DNA of 64,000 nucleotides from Phycisphaerae bacterium (lineage in GTDB: Bacteria > Planctomycetota > Phycisphaerae > Sedimentisphaerales > Sedimentisphaeraceae), in the NCBI GenBank assembly GCA_050251615.1, contig JBFWMM010000001.1, forward strand, positions 88,687 through 152,686, in the 5' to 3' direction. The notes beneath the pieces are model-generated. The model was not told the DNA's origin. It did no database searches and saw only the letters and a list, made by a program, of their open reading frames with translations. Made by a program: the position numbers and the translations under genes. Positions 1 through 10,003 of the stretch are shown here, one piece after another (the first letter of the stretch is position 1; each line of letters starts with the position of its first letter).

Positions 1-1
1 C

Positions 2-469
2 TACAAGCGCGGCGTACCGCTGATTCCGAGGATTATGAGCGAATACGCGCATCGTATGACGGGCATCGATATCCACCCTGGCGCCATAATTGGCAAATTT
101 TTCTTCGTTGACCACGGCACCGGAGTCGTTATTGGCGAGACGGCCATTATTGGCGAGCATGTGAAGATATATCAGGGTGTAACGCTCGGCGCGCTCAGCT
201 TCAAGAAAGATAAGGACGGCAACATCATAAAGGGTGGCAAGCGCCATCCTACAATCGGAGATCACGTAACCATCTATGCCGAAGCCACCATTCTCGGGGA
301 TGTTGTTATCGGGGAGGGTTCCGTCATCGCGGGAAACACGTGGGTGAAAGAATCCGTGGAGCCGGGAACCTCTGTTCGCAGTGTCGATCCGGAGCTTCTC
401 ATAAAAGGAATGCGCTGTGAATGCCCGAAACGGGCGCAGATTCAGCCCATGCAGACATCGGGGGATTAA
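2..469 (+). CDS. cysE: Serine O-acetyltransferase, 5'-truncated by window edge
   Basis: Frame is open from the window start ([17 protein letters not shown]). It has [20 protein letters not shown] and KRHPTIGD hexapeptide-repeat motifs. Confidence 0.9.
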   Translation, partial: YKRGVPLIPRIMSEYAHRMTGIDIHPGAIIGKFFFVDHGTGVVIGETAIIGEHVKIYQGVTLGALSFKKDKDGNIIKGGKRHPTIGDHVTIYAEATILGDVVIGEGSVIAGNTWVKESVEPGTSVRSVDPELLIKGMRCECPKRAQIQPMQTSGD

Positions 470-1399
470 ATGGACTTGAAAGATAAAATACTTGCGCTCA
501 AAGAGAAGCACAACGCTGTTATACTCGCGCACAACTATGTACCCGCAGATGTGCAGGACATTGCCGATTTTTCGGGCGATTCACTCGGGCTCAGCAAGCA
601 GGCCGCTACTACCAATGCCGATGTGATTGTTTTCTGCGGCGTACATTTTATGGCAGAAACGGCCAAGATTCTATCGCCGGAAAAGACGGTTCTGCTGCCC
701 GATAACACAGCCGGTTGTCCGATGGCGGATATGATAACCGCAGATGAGCTGCGCAAGTTTCAGGCAGAGCACCCCGGCTCGCTAACGGTCTGTTATGTAA
801 ACAGCGCGGCGGAAGTCAAGGCGCTTAGCGATTACTGCTGTACGAGCGGCAATGCCGTTGAGCTTGTTTCGAGACTTCCCGATGATAAGGAGATTTTATT
901 CGTGCCGGATAAGTATCTCGGCGCGTATGTGAAAGCAAAAACCCGCCGCAATCTTATTCTCTGGCCGGGATTCTGCCCCACGCATGCGGTGATTGCGGGC
1001 GAGGTCATTTCCGACCTCAAAGCGCTTCACCCGCAGGCTATTGTGATGGCGCATCCGGAATGTCCGGAATCTGCGAAGAATGTTGCGGATGTTTTGCTCA
1101 GTACCGGCCAGATGCTCGAATACGCCCGCAAAAGCGAGGCGCGGTCTTTTATTATAGCTACGGAGCCCGGCATTCTGCATGCACTTCGTAAAGGCAACCC
1201 TGATAAAAAGTTCTTCGCGGCAAGCCCCATAGAATGCTTCAATATGAAAAAAATCACCCTCGAAAGCCTCTACTTTTCTCTCGAATATATGCAATACGAA
1301 ATTGATGTGCCCGCGGAGATTGCATCAAGGGCAAGGCGCTCGCTCGACAGGATGCTTGAGGTGCTTCCGGCGACAAGCGCCAGGAGCAACATGCCATAG
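470..1399 (+). CDS. nadA: Quinolinate synthase A
   Basis: ILAHNY, GDSLGLS, FCGVHFMAETAK, AGCPMAD, YVNS, CCTSGNA and AHPEC motifs with the [4Fe-4S] cysteines. Confidence 0.95.
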   Translation: MDLKDKILALKEKHNAVILAHNYVPADVQDIADFSGDSLGLSKQAATTNADVIVFCGVHFMAETAKILSPEKTVLLPDNTAGCPMADMITADELRKFQAEHPGSLTVCYVNSAAEVKALSDYCCTSGNAVELVSRLPDDKEILFVPDKYLGAYVKAKTRRNLILWPGFCPTHAVIAGEVISDLKALHPQAIVMAHPECPESAKNVADVLLSTGQMLEYARKSEARSFIIATEPGILHALRKGNPDKKFFAASPIECFNMKKITLESLYFSLEYMQYEIDVPAEIASRARRSLDRMLEVLPATSARSNMP

Positions 1400-1491
1400 A
1401 ACATAATTTTATGGTTGAACGTAGAATAACAGTGAATATGATAACTGTCATTGCTGAAATCATTAGGGATTTTAATTTTTCGGAGAATTAG

Positions 1492-2466
1492 ATGTTTTCA
1501 AAGATGAAACCTGTCCTTTTTGCAGTTGTTCTCGCGTTGGTATGCTCAGGTTACGCGGCTGACGGCGTTGCCTCGATCCAAGTGAGCAATCCTGTTAAAG
1601 ACCTTGGCGAAGTCAAGCCGCATGAGGTGTTTGATTTTACTTATGATTTCAAAAATACAGGTGATGCCGAGCTGGTAATTTCGCACGTTCAGGCGACTTG
1701 CGGTTGTACGGTACCCGAGCTTGCCGACAAAAACTACGCTCCGGGCGAATCGGGTTCGGTGAAAGTGCGCTATACCGCTTCGCAGCGTGAGGGTGCGGTT
1801 ACCAAGCATCTCTACATTCACTCCAACGACCCGAAGATGCCCAGATATGAGCTTCAGATTAAATCAAACACGGTGCTCAAAGTGGAAGCGCTTCCCAAGG
1901 AGATGGAGCTTTCGCTGGCAGAAAATAATTGCGGCTTCAAGCCGATTGTTGTAACAAGCAAAGACGATCAGCCCTTCAGGATTACCTCCGTAACCTCAAT
2001 CGGCGATTCGATAAAGTTTGATTACGACTCCAGAGAACTCGCCACCTCACACACAATAAACGCCACGCTCACTCGCGAGCTCATAGAAAAGAATCTTACC
2101 GGCCTCATCACAATCAACACAAGCCACCCCGACTGCTCCGTTGTGAGTGTTTCCTACAGAGCCCAGCCGCTTTACAGCGCCTCGCCCGCACGAATCATTA
2201 TGCAGGATGCGAAGCCCGGCGACAAGGACAGCAGGGAAGTATGGGTGCGCAGCAATTACGGCAAAGAGGTAAATATTTCGGACGGCAAGAGCAAAAACGG
2301 CACAATGACATGGAGCCTGCTTGAGAGCAAAGGCGATATGGCCAAGCTTAAAATAGAGGTAACAGTGCCGCAGGACGGGACAAGCCGTTACTTCTCAGAT
2401 GAGCTTATCCTTACCGTTAATGACAGCGAGCTACCGGTTAAGTGCAGCGGTTGGTTCAAGAAATAA
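1492..2466 (+). CDS. Secreted DUF1573-domain (Ig-like) protein
   Basis: Signal peptide, then FKNTGDAELVISHVQATCGCT, the CGC motif typical of DUF1573, then further beta-rich segments. Confidence 0.7.
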   Translation: MFSKMKPVLFAVVLALVCSGYAADGVASIQVSNPVKDLGEVKPHEVFDFTYDFKNTGDAELVISHVQATCGCTVPELADKNYAPGESGSVKVRYTASQREGAVTKHLYIHSNDPKMPRYELQIKSNTVLKVEALPKEMELSLAENNCGFKPIVVTSKDDQPFRITSVTSIGDSIKFDYDSRELATSHTINATLTRELIEKNLTGLITINTSHPDCSVVSVSYRAQPLYSASPARIIMQDAKPGDKDSREVWVRSNYGKEVNISDGKSKNGTMTWSLLESKGDMAKLKIEVTVPQDGTSRYFSDELILTVNDSELPVKCSGWFKK

Positions 2467-2553
2467 ATTTTACAAGCAGACTGCGCATTTCTCACGAAAT
2501 GGCGCTGTCCGCGAGGCGTAAAATGACACAGCGGAGGCGCGCAAGCGCCCCGA

Positions 2554-2779
2554 AATTGTAGAGACGCAAAATCTTGCGTCTCATGCCAGTTACGAACGCA
2601 TATTATCCGTGGCACCGGTTTGGTTTTTCCGACATTGGTTGGCATTTACGTGAGCATTTTTTTCGCATCGCTTGCGCAATGGCGCTGTTTTGCGAAACGT
2701 CATAACATCCCGCACGAGAATTGTAGAGACGCAAAGTCTTGCGTCTCATGCCGCATTACGAACGTATATTTATCCGTGG
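2554..2779. repeat. Two ~60-bp direct-repeat copies (2554-2612, 2719-2779), each with a GTAGAGACGCAA..TTGCGTCTC hairpin (REP-like)
   Basis: aattgtagagacgcaaaatcttgcgtctcatgccagttacgaacgcatattatccgtgg vs aattgtagagacgcaaagtcttgcgtctcatgccgcattacgaacgtatatttatccgtgg; offset 165 bp. Confidence 0.85.
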
Positions 2780-2827
2780 GATGGGGACGAGGGCGCGATG
2801 ACCCCGAGCCTCTGCTCAAATACAACG

Positions 2828-2862
2828 AAAAACCCCGCAGTTTTTGACGCTGCGGGGTTTTT
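2828..2862. terminator. Bidirectional intrinsic terminator
   Basis: AAAAACCCCGCAG-loop-CTGCGGGGTTTTT between convergent genes. Confidence 0.8.
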
Positions 2863-2888
2863 GTGTTCGTTTCGTTTATAACAGCTAC

Positions 2889-4892
2889 TTACTTTATCAG
2901 TCCGAGCGGGCTGAAGAGGAAGTAAAGAACGAGCGTGATAAGGATAACAGCGATACCGGCCATCTTTGCACCCTTGTTTTCGCTGAGCTCAATGGTTGTA
3001 TTGGCCTTGATTACGTACGGCTCGGGGAGCGGCTTTACGATTGTCATGACAATCATCGCAACAACGCAAACCGCCAGGCAGATCGCCATCCTGTTAAGGA
3101 AGTTGATTCCGGGGGCGAAGTTCATAAGGCCGATGTAAACCACAGCGTTGAGAAGCAGTCCGACAACGCCACTGAACTTCGGTGCTCTCTTGCTTATGAG
3201 GCCGAATACAAATACCGCCAGAACACCCGGGCTCAAGATTCCCTGGCCTTCCTGAATCACCGTAAAGATGCTGCCGAATTTCGGGCTGCCGAGCGCCGGT
3301 GACAGAACAACGGCAATCAACGTAAACACAAGCACACTCCCTCGACCAAGCGCGAGGATGCCGTGCTGAGTTACATTCGGGTTCATATACTTCTTGTAGA
3401 TATCCAACGAGAAGATGGTAGAAGCGGCGTTGAGAAGAGCTGCCAGTGAGCTGACAACCGCGCCGAGAAGGGCTGCGAGAACAAAGCCGATAAGGCCTGT
3501 ACCCTGCGGAAGTACCTGCCCGAGGAGCTGGGCAAGAGCTGTGTCATACTTGTACGCGAGGAAGTTCTTTTCTGCGCCGATCTGTGTCGCGTTGTAGCTT
3601 TCCAGCTCTGCGGTGAGCGTCGGATAAACGCTGAGGACTGTCTTGTCCTTGCAGACAAACTTGCTGTCTGAGGCTTCAATAGCAGCGAAATCTTCAGCAA
3701 TGATCGGGTAAACGTATGGGTTGCCGACACCTGTGATTGCCTTTACGGCATCAGCGTCCGCGCAAACCGCGAGCATAATCTTATCGCCCATCTGCCATGC
3801 GGCGGCATCGTCTGTTGTAGCGCTTTCATTAAGTACGATAGCCTCAGTAGCGCTGTTGCTCTTGTAGTATTCCGCGATAACCTTGACATTGCCATCAACC
3901 GCTTCGGCCTGCATATCGCCTGCATAGAGATTGAACGCCATAATACCCGGCACAACAATCACAAACGGAATGAGAAGCTTCATAAACGCGCTGAACACGA
4001 TGCCCTTCTGGCCTTCTGACAGAGACGCCGCGCCCAGAGTGCGCTGTGTGATGTACTGGTTGAGGCCCCAGTAGTAGAAGTTCGGAATCCACAGGCCCAA
4101 GCACAGAGCCGTCCAGGGGAGCGTTGAATCTGTTGCGGGAAGAATCATATTCATGCGGGTTTTGTTGAGCGCCCAGAAACGTTCCATTGCGCCCTGGCTT
4201 GCGCTGAATGTTACTTCATTAACCTTGCCGCTTGTTGCATCAACAACCTGTGCGAGCTTTTCTGCAGCGCCAAGCTTGTCAAATGCGAAGTACATGATTA
4301 TACCGCCGCCTATGATAAGAGCAGAGCCTTGGAGCAGATCTGCCCAGGCACAGGCCTTGAGGCCGCCCGTGGCGACGTAGAACATAGCGATAAGGCCGAT
4401 GGCCAGAGAGCCAGGAAACAGACCGATGTTAATGCCCATCTTGCCGGCAAGCGTCTTGATTGTGAGCGCTCCGGAGTAGGTTACCGCGCCGAGAAGCAAA
4501 CAGTAAATAAGCAACGTTGCAGCTGACATCGCGAGCCTTGCCCACTGGTTGTATCGCTGTTCGAGGAATTCGGGCATCGTGTAGATGCCTGCCTTCAGGA
4601 AGAACGGCAGGAATCCGAACGCCACGACAACGAGCGTGATGGCGGCCATCCATTCATAGCTGGCTATTGCGAGTCCGATGTGGCTTGCGGCGTTGCCGCT
4701 CATACCCACAAACTGCTCCGTGGAGATGTTTGCGGCGATAAGCGAGAATCCGATCAGCCACCATTTCAGCCCGCGGCCGGCAAGGAAGAAATCCTCACCG
4801 CTTGATTCGCCGCGGCTTTTGAGCGTGCCGATGGCGATTACTGCGGCGATGAAGCCAAAAAAGATAACGTAGTCTAAAGGTGTGAACGTCAT
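2889..4892 (-). CDS. Sodium:solute symporter (SSS/SGLT family, probably sugar) with a large loop insertion
   Basis: FFLAGR, SLIAANISTEQFVGMSG, YEWMAA, GIYTMPEFLEQRY and NQYITQR motifs. Start moved to ATG 4892 (GAGG RBS); the ORF track starts at 4958. Confidence 0.9.
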   Translation of the reverse strand: MTFTPLDYVIFFGFIAAVIAIGTLKSRGESSGEDFFLAGRGLKWWLIGFSLIAANISTEQFVGMSGNAASHIGLAIASYEWMAAITLVVVAFGFLPFFLKAGIYTMPEFLEQRYNQWARLAMSAATLLIYCLLLGAVTYSGALTIKTLAGKMGINIGLFPGSLAIGLIAMFYVATGGLKACAWADLLQGSALIIGGGIIMYFAFDKLGAAEKLAQVVDATSGKVNEVTFSASQGAMERFWALNKTRMNMILPATDSTLPWTALCLGLWIPNFYYWGLNQYITQRTLGAASLSEGQKGIVFSAFMKLLIPFVIVVPGIMAFNLYAGDMQAEAVDGNVKVIAEYYKSNSATEAIVLNESATTDDAAAWQMGDKIMLAVCADADAVKAITGVGNPYVYPIIAEDFAAIEASDSKFVCKDKTVLSVYPTLTAELESYNATQIGAEKNFLAYKYDTALAQLLGQVLPQGTGLIGFVLAALLGAVVSSLAALLNAASTIFSLDIYKKYMNPNVTQHGILALGRGSVLVFTLIAVVLSPALGSPKFGSIFTVIQEGQGILSPGVLAVFVFGLISKRAPKFSGVVGLLLNAVVYIGLMNFAPGINFLNRMAICLAVCVVAMIVMTIVKPLPEPYVIKANTTIELSENKGAKMAGIAVILITLVLYFLFSPLGLIK

Positions 4893-5272
4893 ATCAACCT
4901 CGTATAATATAGTAACACAATAGAGCGGACTTTCCAACTGCCGCATACAACACTTCAACCATTAAAGTGCCGGGGTTATATTTAATGTGAAAGAGGCGAT
5001 TAGTCAAGCATAAAGAGCCTCGGTAGCCGAAACAACGCTGATTATAGATAGTTTTCAGCTAATTATCGGTGAGGGGCCGGCAAGTGGTTTGGGAAATATA
5101 GAAAACGACAGATTTGAGATTTATAATTCAAGATTCAAAATTCAAGACAATTCCGGTTCATCTCGCAATACAGTGGGAAAGGAAAAACCTGCCGGCAAGG
5201 TTAAGCCGGCAAATTATCGCTCATCCTGCACCGAAACTTCTGCCTGAGCATGTGCAAAAATGAATTATTTCT

Positions 5273-5299
5273 TTGACAGAACGGTTTTTATGTTATAAT
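5273..5299 (+). promoter_or_regulatory. Sigma70-type promoter for ilvBNC
   Basis: TTGACA (5273-5278) and extended -10 TGnTATAAT (5291-5299). The 15-bp spacer is short. Confidence 0.6.
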
Positions 5300-5366
5300 A
5301 GCCACCGGATACGTTTGTGATCAAGACGCGTATTACGCCTGATTCGCATTTTAGATTGTGATAAAA

Positions 5367-5466
5367 GGCTTGGCAACAGTGGCTGTATATGCTCGGTTTT
5401 CCGGTTTGTTCGCAAGGGATGAGCAGATTGGAGGCAGAGCCATAAGGCCCGGCGGGTTGCTGAGTT
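5367..5466 (+). promoter_or_regulatory. Candidate structured 5' leader RNA of ilvB
   Basis: Nested pairings read by eye: 5367-5377/5456-5466 (11 bp including G-U), 5379-5384/5438-5443, 5390-5395/5420-5425. Confidence 0.4.
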
Positions 5467-5505
5467 CTATATAGCTTACATTATTAGTTAGTCAGGGAGA
5501 TTAGA

Positions 5506-7224
5506 ATGAGTAATTCTTCCCAGTACCCTGTTTTGCAGGGTTCAGAAATTGTAGTAGAGGTTCTCAGAGAACAGGGTGTTGATACCATGTTCGGTTATCT
5601 CGGCGGGGTGGTTCTTCCGATTTTTGACAAGCTCTACGATGCCGACTTTCTCAACTTCATCATTCCACGCCACGAGCAGGGCGGTACTCACATGGCTGAT
5701 GCTTATGCGCGTGCAACCGGCAAGACGGGTGTATGCATTGCGACGAGCGGCCCCGGCGCGACAAACGTCGTTACGGGCGTTGCTACGGCTATGCTCGATT
5801 CGATTCCACTGGTTGTTATCACCGGACAGGTTCGCACGGACCTCATCGGCGGTGACGCGTTTCAGGAAGTTGACACAACCGGTATAACAAGGCCGATTAC
5901 AAAGCATAACGTGATCGTTAAAGATACAAAAGATCTGGCAAACGACCTTCGTCAGGCGTTTTACATCGCCTCGACAGGCCGTCCGGGCCCTGTTCTCGTT
6001 GATATTCCCGTTGATGTTGCAGTTGGTACGGCGGAGTTTCGCCCGATGGCGCCCGACGAGAATGTTGATATTCCCAGCTATAGGCCGCGCATGCATGGCC
6101 ATGCAAGGCAGATTGAAGCAGCTGCGGAAGCTATCAATGAGAGCGAAAAACCACTTCTCTATATTGGTGGCGGAATTGTCAGCTCGGATGCGTCAGAGGA
6201 GCTGACCGCTCTCGCCGAAAAGGCCAACATACCGGTAACCAGCACACTCATGGGCCTTGGCGCCTTTGACCAGAGCAATCCGCTCTCGCTGGATATGCTC
6301 GGCATGCACGGAGCAGCTTATGCAAACTACGCCGTTCAGCATTGTGATCTGCTGATTGCGGTAGGCTCTCGCTTTGACGACCGCGTTACGGGCCATCTTG
6401 GAAAGTTTGCCCCGAACGCTAAAATTGTTCACGTTGACATTGACCCTTCAAGCATTTCGAAGAATGTGTTTGTACATGTTCCTGTCGTTGGTGATGCAAA
6501 AGATATTTTGCCTCACCTCACAGCGATGGTTGAAGCGAGAGAGCGCAAAGACTGGTTTGAACAGCTCGACAACTGGCGCAAAACGCATCCGTTCGCTTAT
6601 GACAGGAACGCAGAGACAATTAAGCCGCAGTACGTAATTGAGGAGCTCTGGCGCCAGACAAACGGTGAAGCCGTTATTACTACGGGCGTTGGCCAGCATC
6701 AGATGTGGACGGCTCAGTTCTACAAGTTCAAGCGTCCGCGCCAGCTCATCACAAGCGGCGGCCTTGGCACAATGGGCTTCGGCCTTCCCGCGGCTATCGG
6801 CGCGCAGGCAGCTCTGCCGGGTGCAGTTGTTGTGGACATAGACGGCGACAGCAGTTACAATATGACTATGAGCGAGCTCTGTACGGCGGTTATGTACAAT
6901 CTGCCGGTTAAAGTTATCATTCTCAATAACGGCTTCATGGGAATGGTAAGGCAGTGGCAGGAGCTTTTCTACCAGCACAGGTACTCGCAGAGTCAGTTGC
7001 TCAACCCCGATTTTGCGAAAGTTGCAAACGCGATGGGCGCAAAGGGTATTCGCGTTACCGATAAGCAACAGGTTCCCGCGGCGATCAGTGAAATGCTCGC
7101 CCATGATGGTCCCTGCGTACTTAACGTTTTCGTGGACAGGGAAGAGAACGTATGGCCTATGGTTCCATCGGGCAAGGCGCTCGACGAGATGGACGGGCTT
7201 CAGATTTTTGAGAGCATGGCTTAA
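5506..7224 (+). CDS. ilvB: Acetolactate synthase large subunit
   Basis: RHEQG, TSGPGATN, GSRFDDRVTG, SGGLGTMGFG, TPP-binding GDSS..NN and GMVRQWQ motifs. Confidence 0.95.
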   Translation: MSNSSQYPVLQGSEIVVEVLREQGVDTMFGYLGGVVLPIFDKLYDADFLNFIIPRHEQGGTHMADAYARATGKTGVCIATSGPGATNVVTGVATAMLDSIPLVVITGQVRTDLIGGDAFQEVDTTGITRPITKHNVIVKDTKDLANDLRQAFYIASTGRPGPVLVDIPVDVAVGTAEFRPMAPDENVDIPSYRPRMHGHARQIEAAAEAINESEKPLLYIGGGIVSSDASEELTALAEKANIPVTSTLMGLGAFDQSNPLSLDMLGMHGAAYANYAVQHCDLLIAVGSRFDDRVTGHLGKFAPNAKIVHVDIDPSSISKNVFVHVPVVGDAKDILPHLTAMVEARERKDWFEQLDNWRKTHPFAYDRNAETIKPQYVIEELWRQTNGEAVITTGVGQHQMWTAQFYKFKRPRQLITSGGLGTMGFGLPAAIGAQAALPGAVVVDIDGDSSYNMTMSELCTAVMYNLPVKVIILNNGFMGMVRQWQELFYQHRYSQSQLLNPDFAKVANAMGAKGIRVTDKQQVPAAISEMLAHDGPCVLNVFVDREENVWPMVPSGKALDEMDGLQIFESMA

Positions 7225-7241
7225 TTCACAGGAGACGCAAA

Positions 7242-7727
7242 ATGAAGCATGTTATCAGCGCACTTGTACAGAATAAGCCCGGCGTTCTCGCGCATGTTGC
7301 GGGGATGTTTGCCGCGAGGGCTTTCAATATCGATTCGCTTGTTGTCGGACGCACCGACGACCCGAATCTCAGCCGTATGACAATCGTTGTTGTCGGCGAT
7401 AATAACGTGGTAGAGCAGGTTCGCAAGCAGCTCGGCAAGATTATTTCTGTAGTGAAGGTACAGGATTTTGTCGGCAGGGATATAGTATCGAGAGACCTGA
7501 TGCTCATCAGCATCCACTGCACTGCCGAAAAGCGCATAGAAATCAACGCGCTTGTCGATATGTTCGACAGTAAAGTTGTGGACATCAGCTCGAAAAACGT
7601 TATGGTTGAAATTTCAGGCCCCGAAAGTAAAATAGAGGCCTTTATCGAAGCTTGCAAGCCTTACGGCGTTAAAGCGATGGCCAGAACCGGCACAATCGCA
7701 ATGCCGCGTTGCAGGAAACCAATGTGA
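7242..7727 (+). CDS. ilvN: Acetolactate synthase small regulatory subunit
   Basis: ACT domain NKPGVL..FAARAFNIDSL; ARTG near the C-terminus; directly follows ilvB. Confidence 0.95.
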   Translation: MKHVISALVQNKPGVLAHVAGMFAARAFNIDSLVVGRTDDPNLSRMTIVVVGDNNVVEQVRKQLGKIISVVKVQDFVGRDIVSRDLMLISIHCTAEKRIEINALVDMFDSKVVDISSKNVMVEISGPESKIEAFIEACKPYGVKAMARTGTIAMPRCRKPM

Positions 7728-7772
7728 TTTTAAATATAAATGCTTTTTTTGAATAAAGGAGAAATAAGCACA

Positions 7773-8774
7773 ATGGCAAACGTATTATATGCAAAAGATG
7801 CACCGATCGATGCTCTCAAAGGTAAGAGAGTCGCGGTGATCGGCTATGGCAGCCAGGGCCATGCCCACTCACAGAACCTTCGCGACAGCGGCATAGAAGT
7901 AGCCGTTTCGGAAGTACCAGGTACAGCTAATTTCAAGCTCGCACAGGAACACGGCTTCGAGCCGACAGACATAGCCGGCGCTATGAACGGCGCCACGCTG
8001 ATCATCGTTACTCTGCCTGATGAGATTACCGCAAAGATTTACAAGGAGTCCATCGCTCCCAATCTTGTAGCCGGTCAGACACTCGGTGTATGCCACGGTT
8101 TCAACATTCACTTCGGTCTTGTTGATGTACCCGCGCACAACAACGTAGTTATGATTGCCCCTAAGGGCCCCGGACACCTCGTACGCAGTGAGTTCGTTAA
8201 GGGCGGCGGCGTTCCGTGTCTGATAGCTATCGCTCAGGATGAAGACGGCCACGGCCGTGAAGTTGCTCTTGCATGGGCAAACGGAATCGGCGGCGCACGC
8301 GCAGGCATCATTGAGACAACCTTCAAGGAAGAAACCGAAACTGACCTCTTCGGCGAACAGGTTGTGCTTTGCGGCGGTCTTTCCGCTCTCATCAAGGCAG
8401 GCTTCAATACTCTCGTAGAAGCAGGCTATCAGCCCGAAATCGCGTACTTCGAGTGCCTCCACGAGGTCAAGCTCATTGTTGACCTGATGTATGAAGGTGG
8501 TATCGACTACATGAGATACAGCATTTCAAACACAGCTGAATGGGGCGACCTAATCACCGGCCCGAAGATCATTACAGATGAAACCAGGGCTACAATGAAA
8601 CAGGTTCTCGCCGATATCCAGTCAGGCAAGTTCGCCAGGGAATGGATTGAAGAGTATCAGGGCGGCCTGAAGAACTTTACCGCGCTTTACGAAGCAGACC
8701 ACAATTCGACAATCGAAGTAGTTGGTAGAAAACTGCGTAAGATGATGAATTGGATCGACGCCAAGGAAGTCTGA
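7773..8774 (+). CDS. ilvC: Ketol-acid reductoisomerase
   Basis: [31 protein letters not shown] and SNTAEWG motifs. ATG 7773 follows an AAGGAG RBS. Confidence 0.95.
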   Translation: MANVLYAKDAPIDALKGKRVAVIGYGSQGHAHSQNLRDSGIEVAVSEVPGTANFKLAQEHGFEPTDIAGAMNGATLIIVTLPDEITAKIYKESIAPNLVAGQTLGVCHGFNIHFGLVDVPAHNNVVMIAPKGPGHLVRSEFVKGGGVPCLIAIAQDEDGHGREVALAWANGIGGARAGIIETTFKEETETDLFGEQVVLCGGLSALIKAGFNTLVEAGYQPEIAYFECLHEVKLIVDLMYEGGIDYMRYSISNTAEWGDLITGPKIITDETRATMKQVLADIQSGKFAREWIEEYQGGLKNFTALYEADHNSTIEVVGRKLRKMMNWIDAKEV

Positions 8775-8786
8775 GCAACAAACAAA

Positions 8787-8819
8787 AGGGGGGCGTGAAA
8801 TGCGCCTCCTTATCTTTTT
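8787..8819 (+). terminator. Probable intrinsic terminator after ilvC
   Basis: AGGGGGGCG-loop-CGCCTCCTT followed by a T-rich tract. Confidence 0.55.
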
Positions 8820-8860
8820 CGGATGCCAATAACAATTTTTGAATGTAGAAAGGGACTACG

Positions 8861-9763
8861 TTGAAAAAGACCCTCGCCATTATAGTTGTAACAGCTCTGA
8901 CTGTATTAACAGGCGGATGTAATCACCTCCCGCGCGGTACGGCGCCTTCACAGAAGCTTGTTTTTGATCGCTTTGACAATATGCAGGTAAGCTTCGACAC
9001 ATCGACCGACATCATCCCTGAGATACAGAACAAAGAGCTTGGTGAGTACATATCAAGGAATGAGAATTCCGTGGCGTCCTGGGGCGAAAATGGCGGAGCC
9101 GGCATCTGGATGAATGCCGCTGTCTTCGGCGAAGACAGCAACAGGCTTGCCAGAAAATATGCGTTTATGGTGGATGAGGACAGCCCCGGCTATAATCTTA
9201 TCGACACATCAAAATGCATGAGGATAGAGCTTGAATATGCTCTACCCGGTGATTTCGATGATATTACTTATGCCAGTGAGGCAGAACGCAAGAAAGAAAT
9301 TATCTTTACAGGTATCAATATGTTTATCACCGACATAGATGAGATTCGCCTCGACAGCGACTATGTCTATTCGGGAGCCATGATGGTCAAACAGGCATTT
9401 ACGCTTCTTATGTACGAAATCGAGAAGAATCCTTCAAAGATGTATTTGCTTGAAGAACGTCAGGGATTTGATTTTGACTACCCTACGCTCGGCCCTGCAA
9501 AGGCGAGAGTTCTTGTTAATCAGGAAAATAAAGTGCGCATAAAGGTCAAGGTCGGTACGTACATCAGGAATTTTGAGCATCAGAGGGATGTGATTGATAT
9601 GGATGCTTTCCTCGGCGGACCTGTCGGCTATGGCCAGTACAGCGAAGAAGGGGGATCGGCCGAGCCACAGAGCAAAAATCACGGATTTTTCTCAAATCTG
9701 ATGAACTTCAGATTTAAGCTTCCAGGTTTCGGCGGCGCAACGACTGCTGAACCGCAACAATAA
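8861..9763 (+). CDS. Hypothetical lipoprotein
   Basis: Basic N-terminus, hydrophobic stretch and LTGG-C lipobox; no recognised domain. Confidence 0.65.
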   Translation: MKKTLAIIVVTALTVLTGGCNHLPRGTAPSQKLVFDRFDNMQVSFDTSTDIIPEIQNKELGEYISRNENSVASWGENGGAGIWMNAAVFGEDSNRLARKYAFMVDEDSPGYNLIDTSKCMRIELEYALPGDFDDITYASEAERKKEIIFTGINMFITDIDEIRLDSDYVYSGAMMVKQAFTLLMYEIEKNPSKMYLLEERQGFDFDYPTLGPAKARVLVNQENKVRIKVKVGTYIRNFEHQRDVIDMDAFLGGPVGYGQYSEEGGSAEPQSKNHGFFSNLMNFRFKLPGFGGATTAEPQQ

Positions 9764-9783
9764 ACTGTAAGTTTGAGTGTTAC

Positions 9784-9825
9784 AGGCCTCTTTTGCCCGT
9801 TATAAGGCAGGAGAGGCCTTTTTTT
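9784..9825. terminator. Intrinsic terminator between convergent genes
   Basis: AGGCCTCTTTTGCC-loop-GGCAGGAGAGGCCT followed by a T6 run. Confidence 0.75.
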
Positions 9826-10003
9826 CGTTTCAGAAAGATAGTTACGGCAATCCGCCCAAAGCAAGTTGTAAGATGTGTCAATTTCAAATTGTCGCATCAT
9901 TCTCACGGCGTAGCATCGACTAATCGCCTGCTTCAAGCTTTGCCCTCCACATGCTGCTCTCTGAAAGCCTTCGCCACGAAGTATAACAGAGCAACGGTGA
10001 AAG

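Noticed and set aside
2554-2779. Palindromic direct repeats as a CRISPR array
   Set aside because: Only two copies, ~60 bp long and 106 bp apart, with no cas genes; they fit REP-like elements better.
5306-5460. Attenuator leader peptide for ilv
   Set aside because: The short ORFs here (VIKTRITPDSHFRL, MLGFPVCSQGMSRLEAEP) lack Ile/Leu/Val runs, and no terminator hairpin with a U-tract follows.
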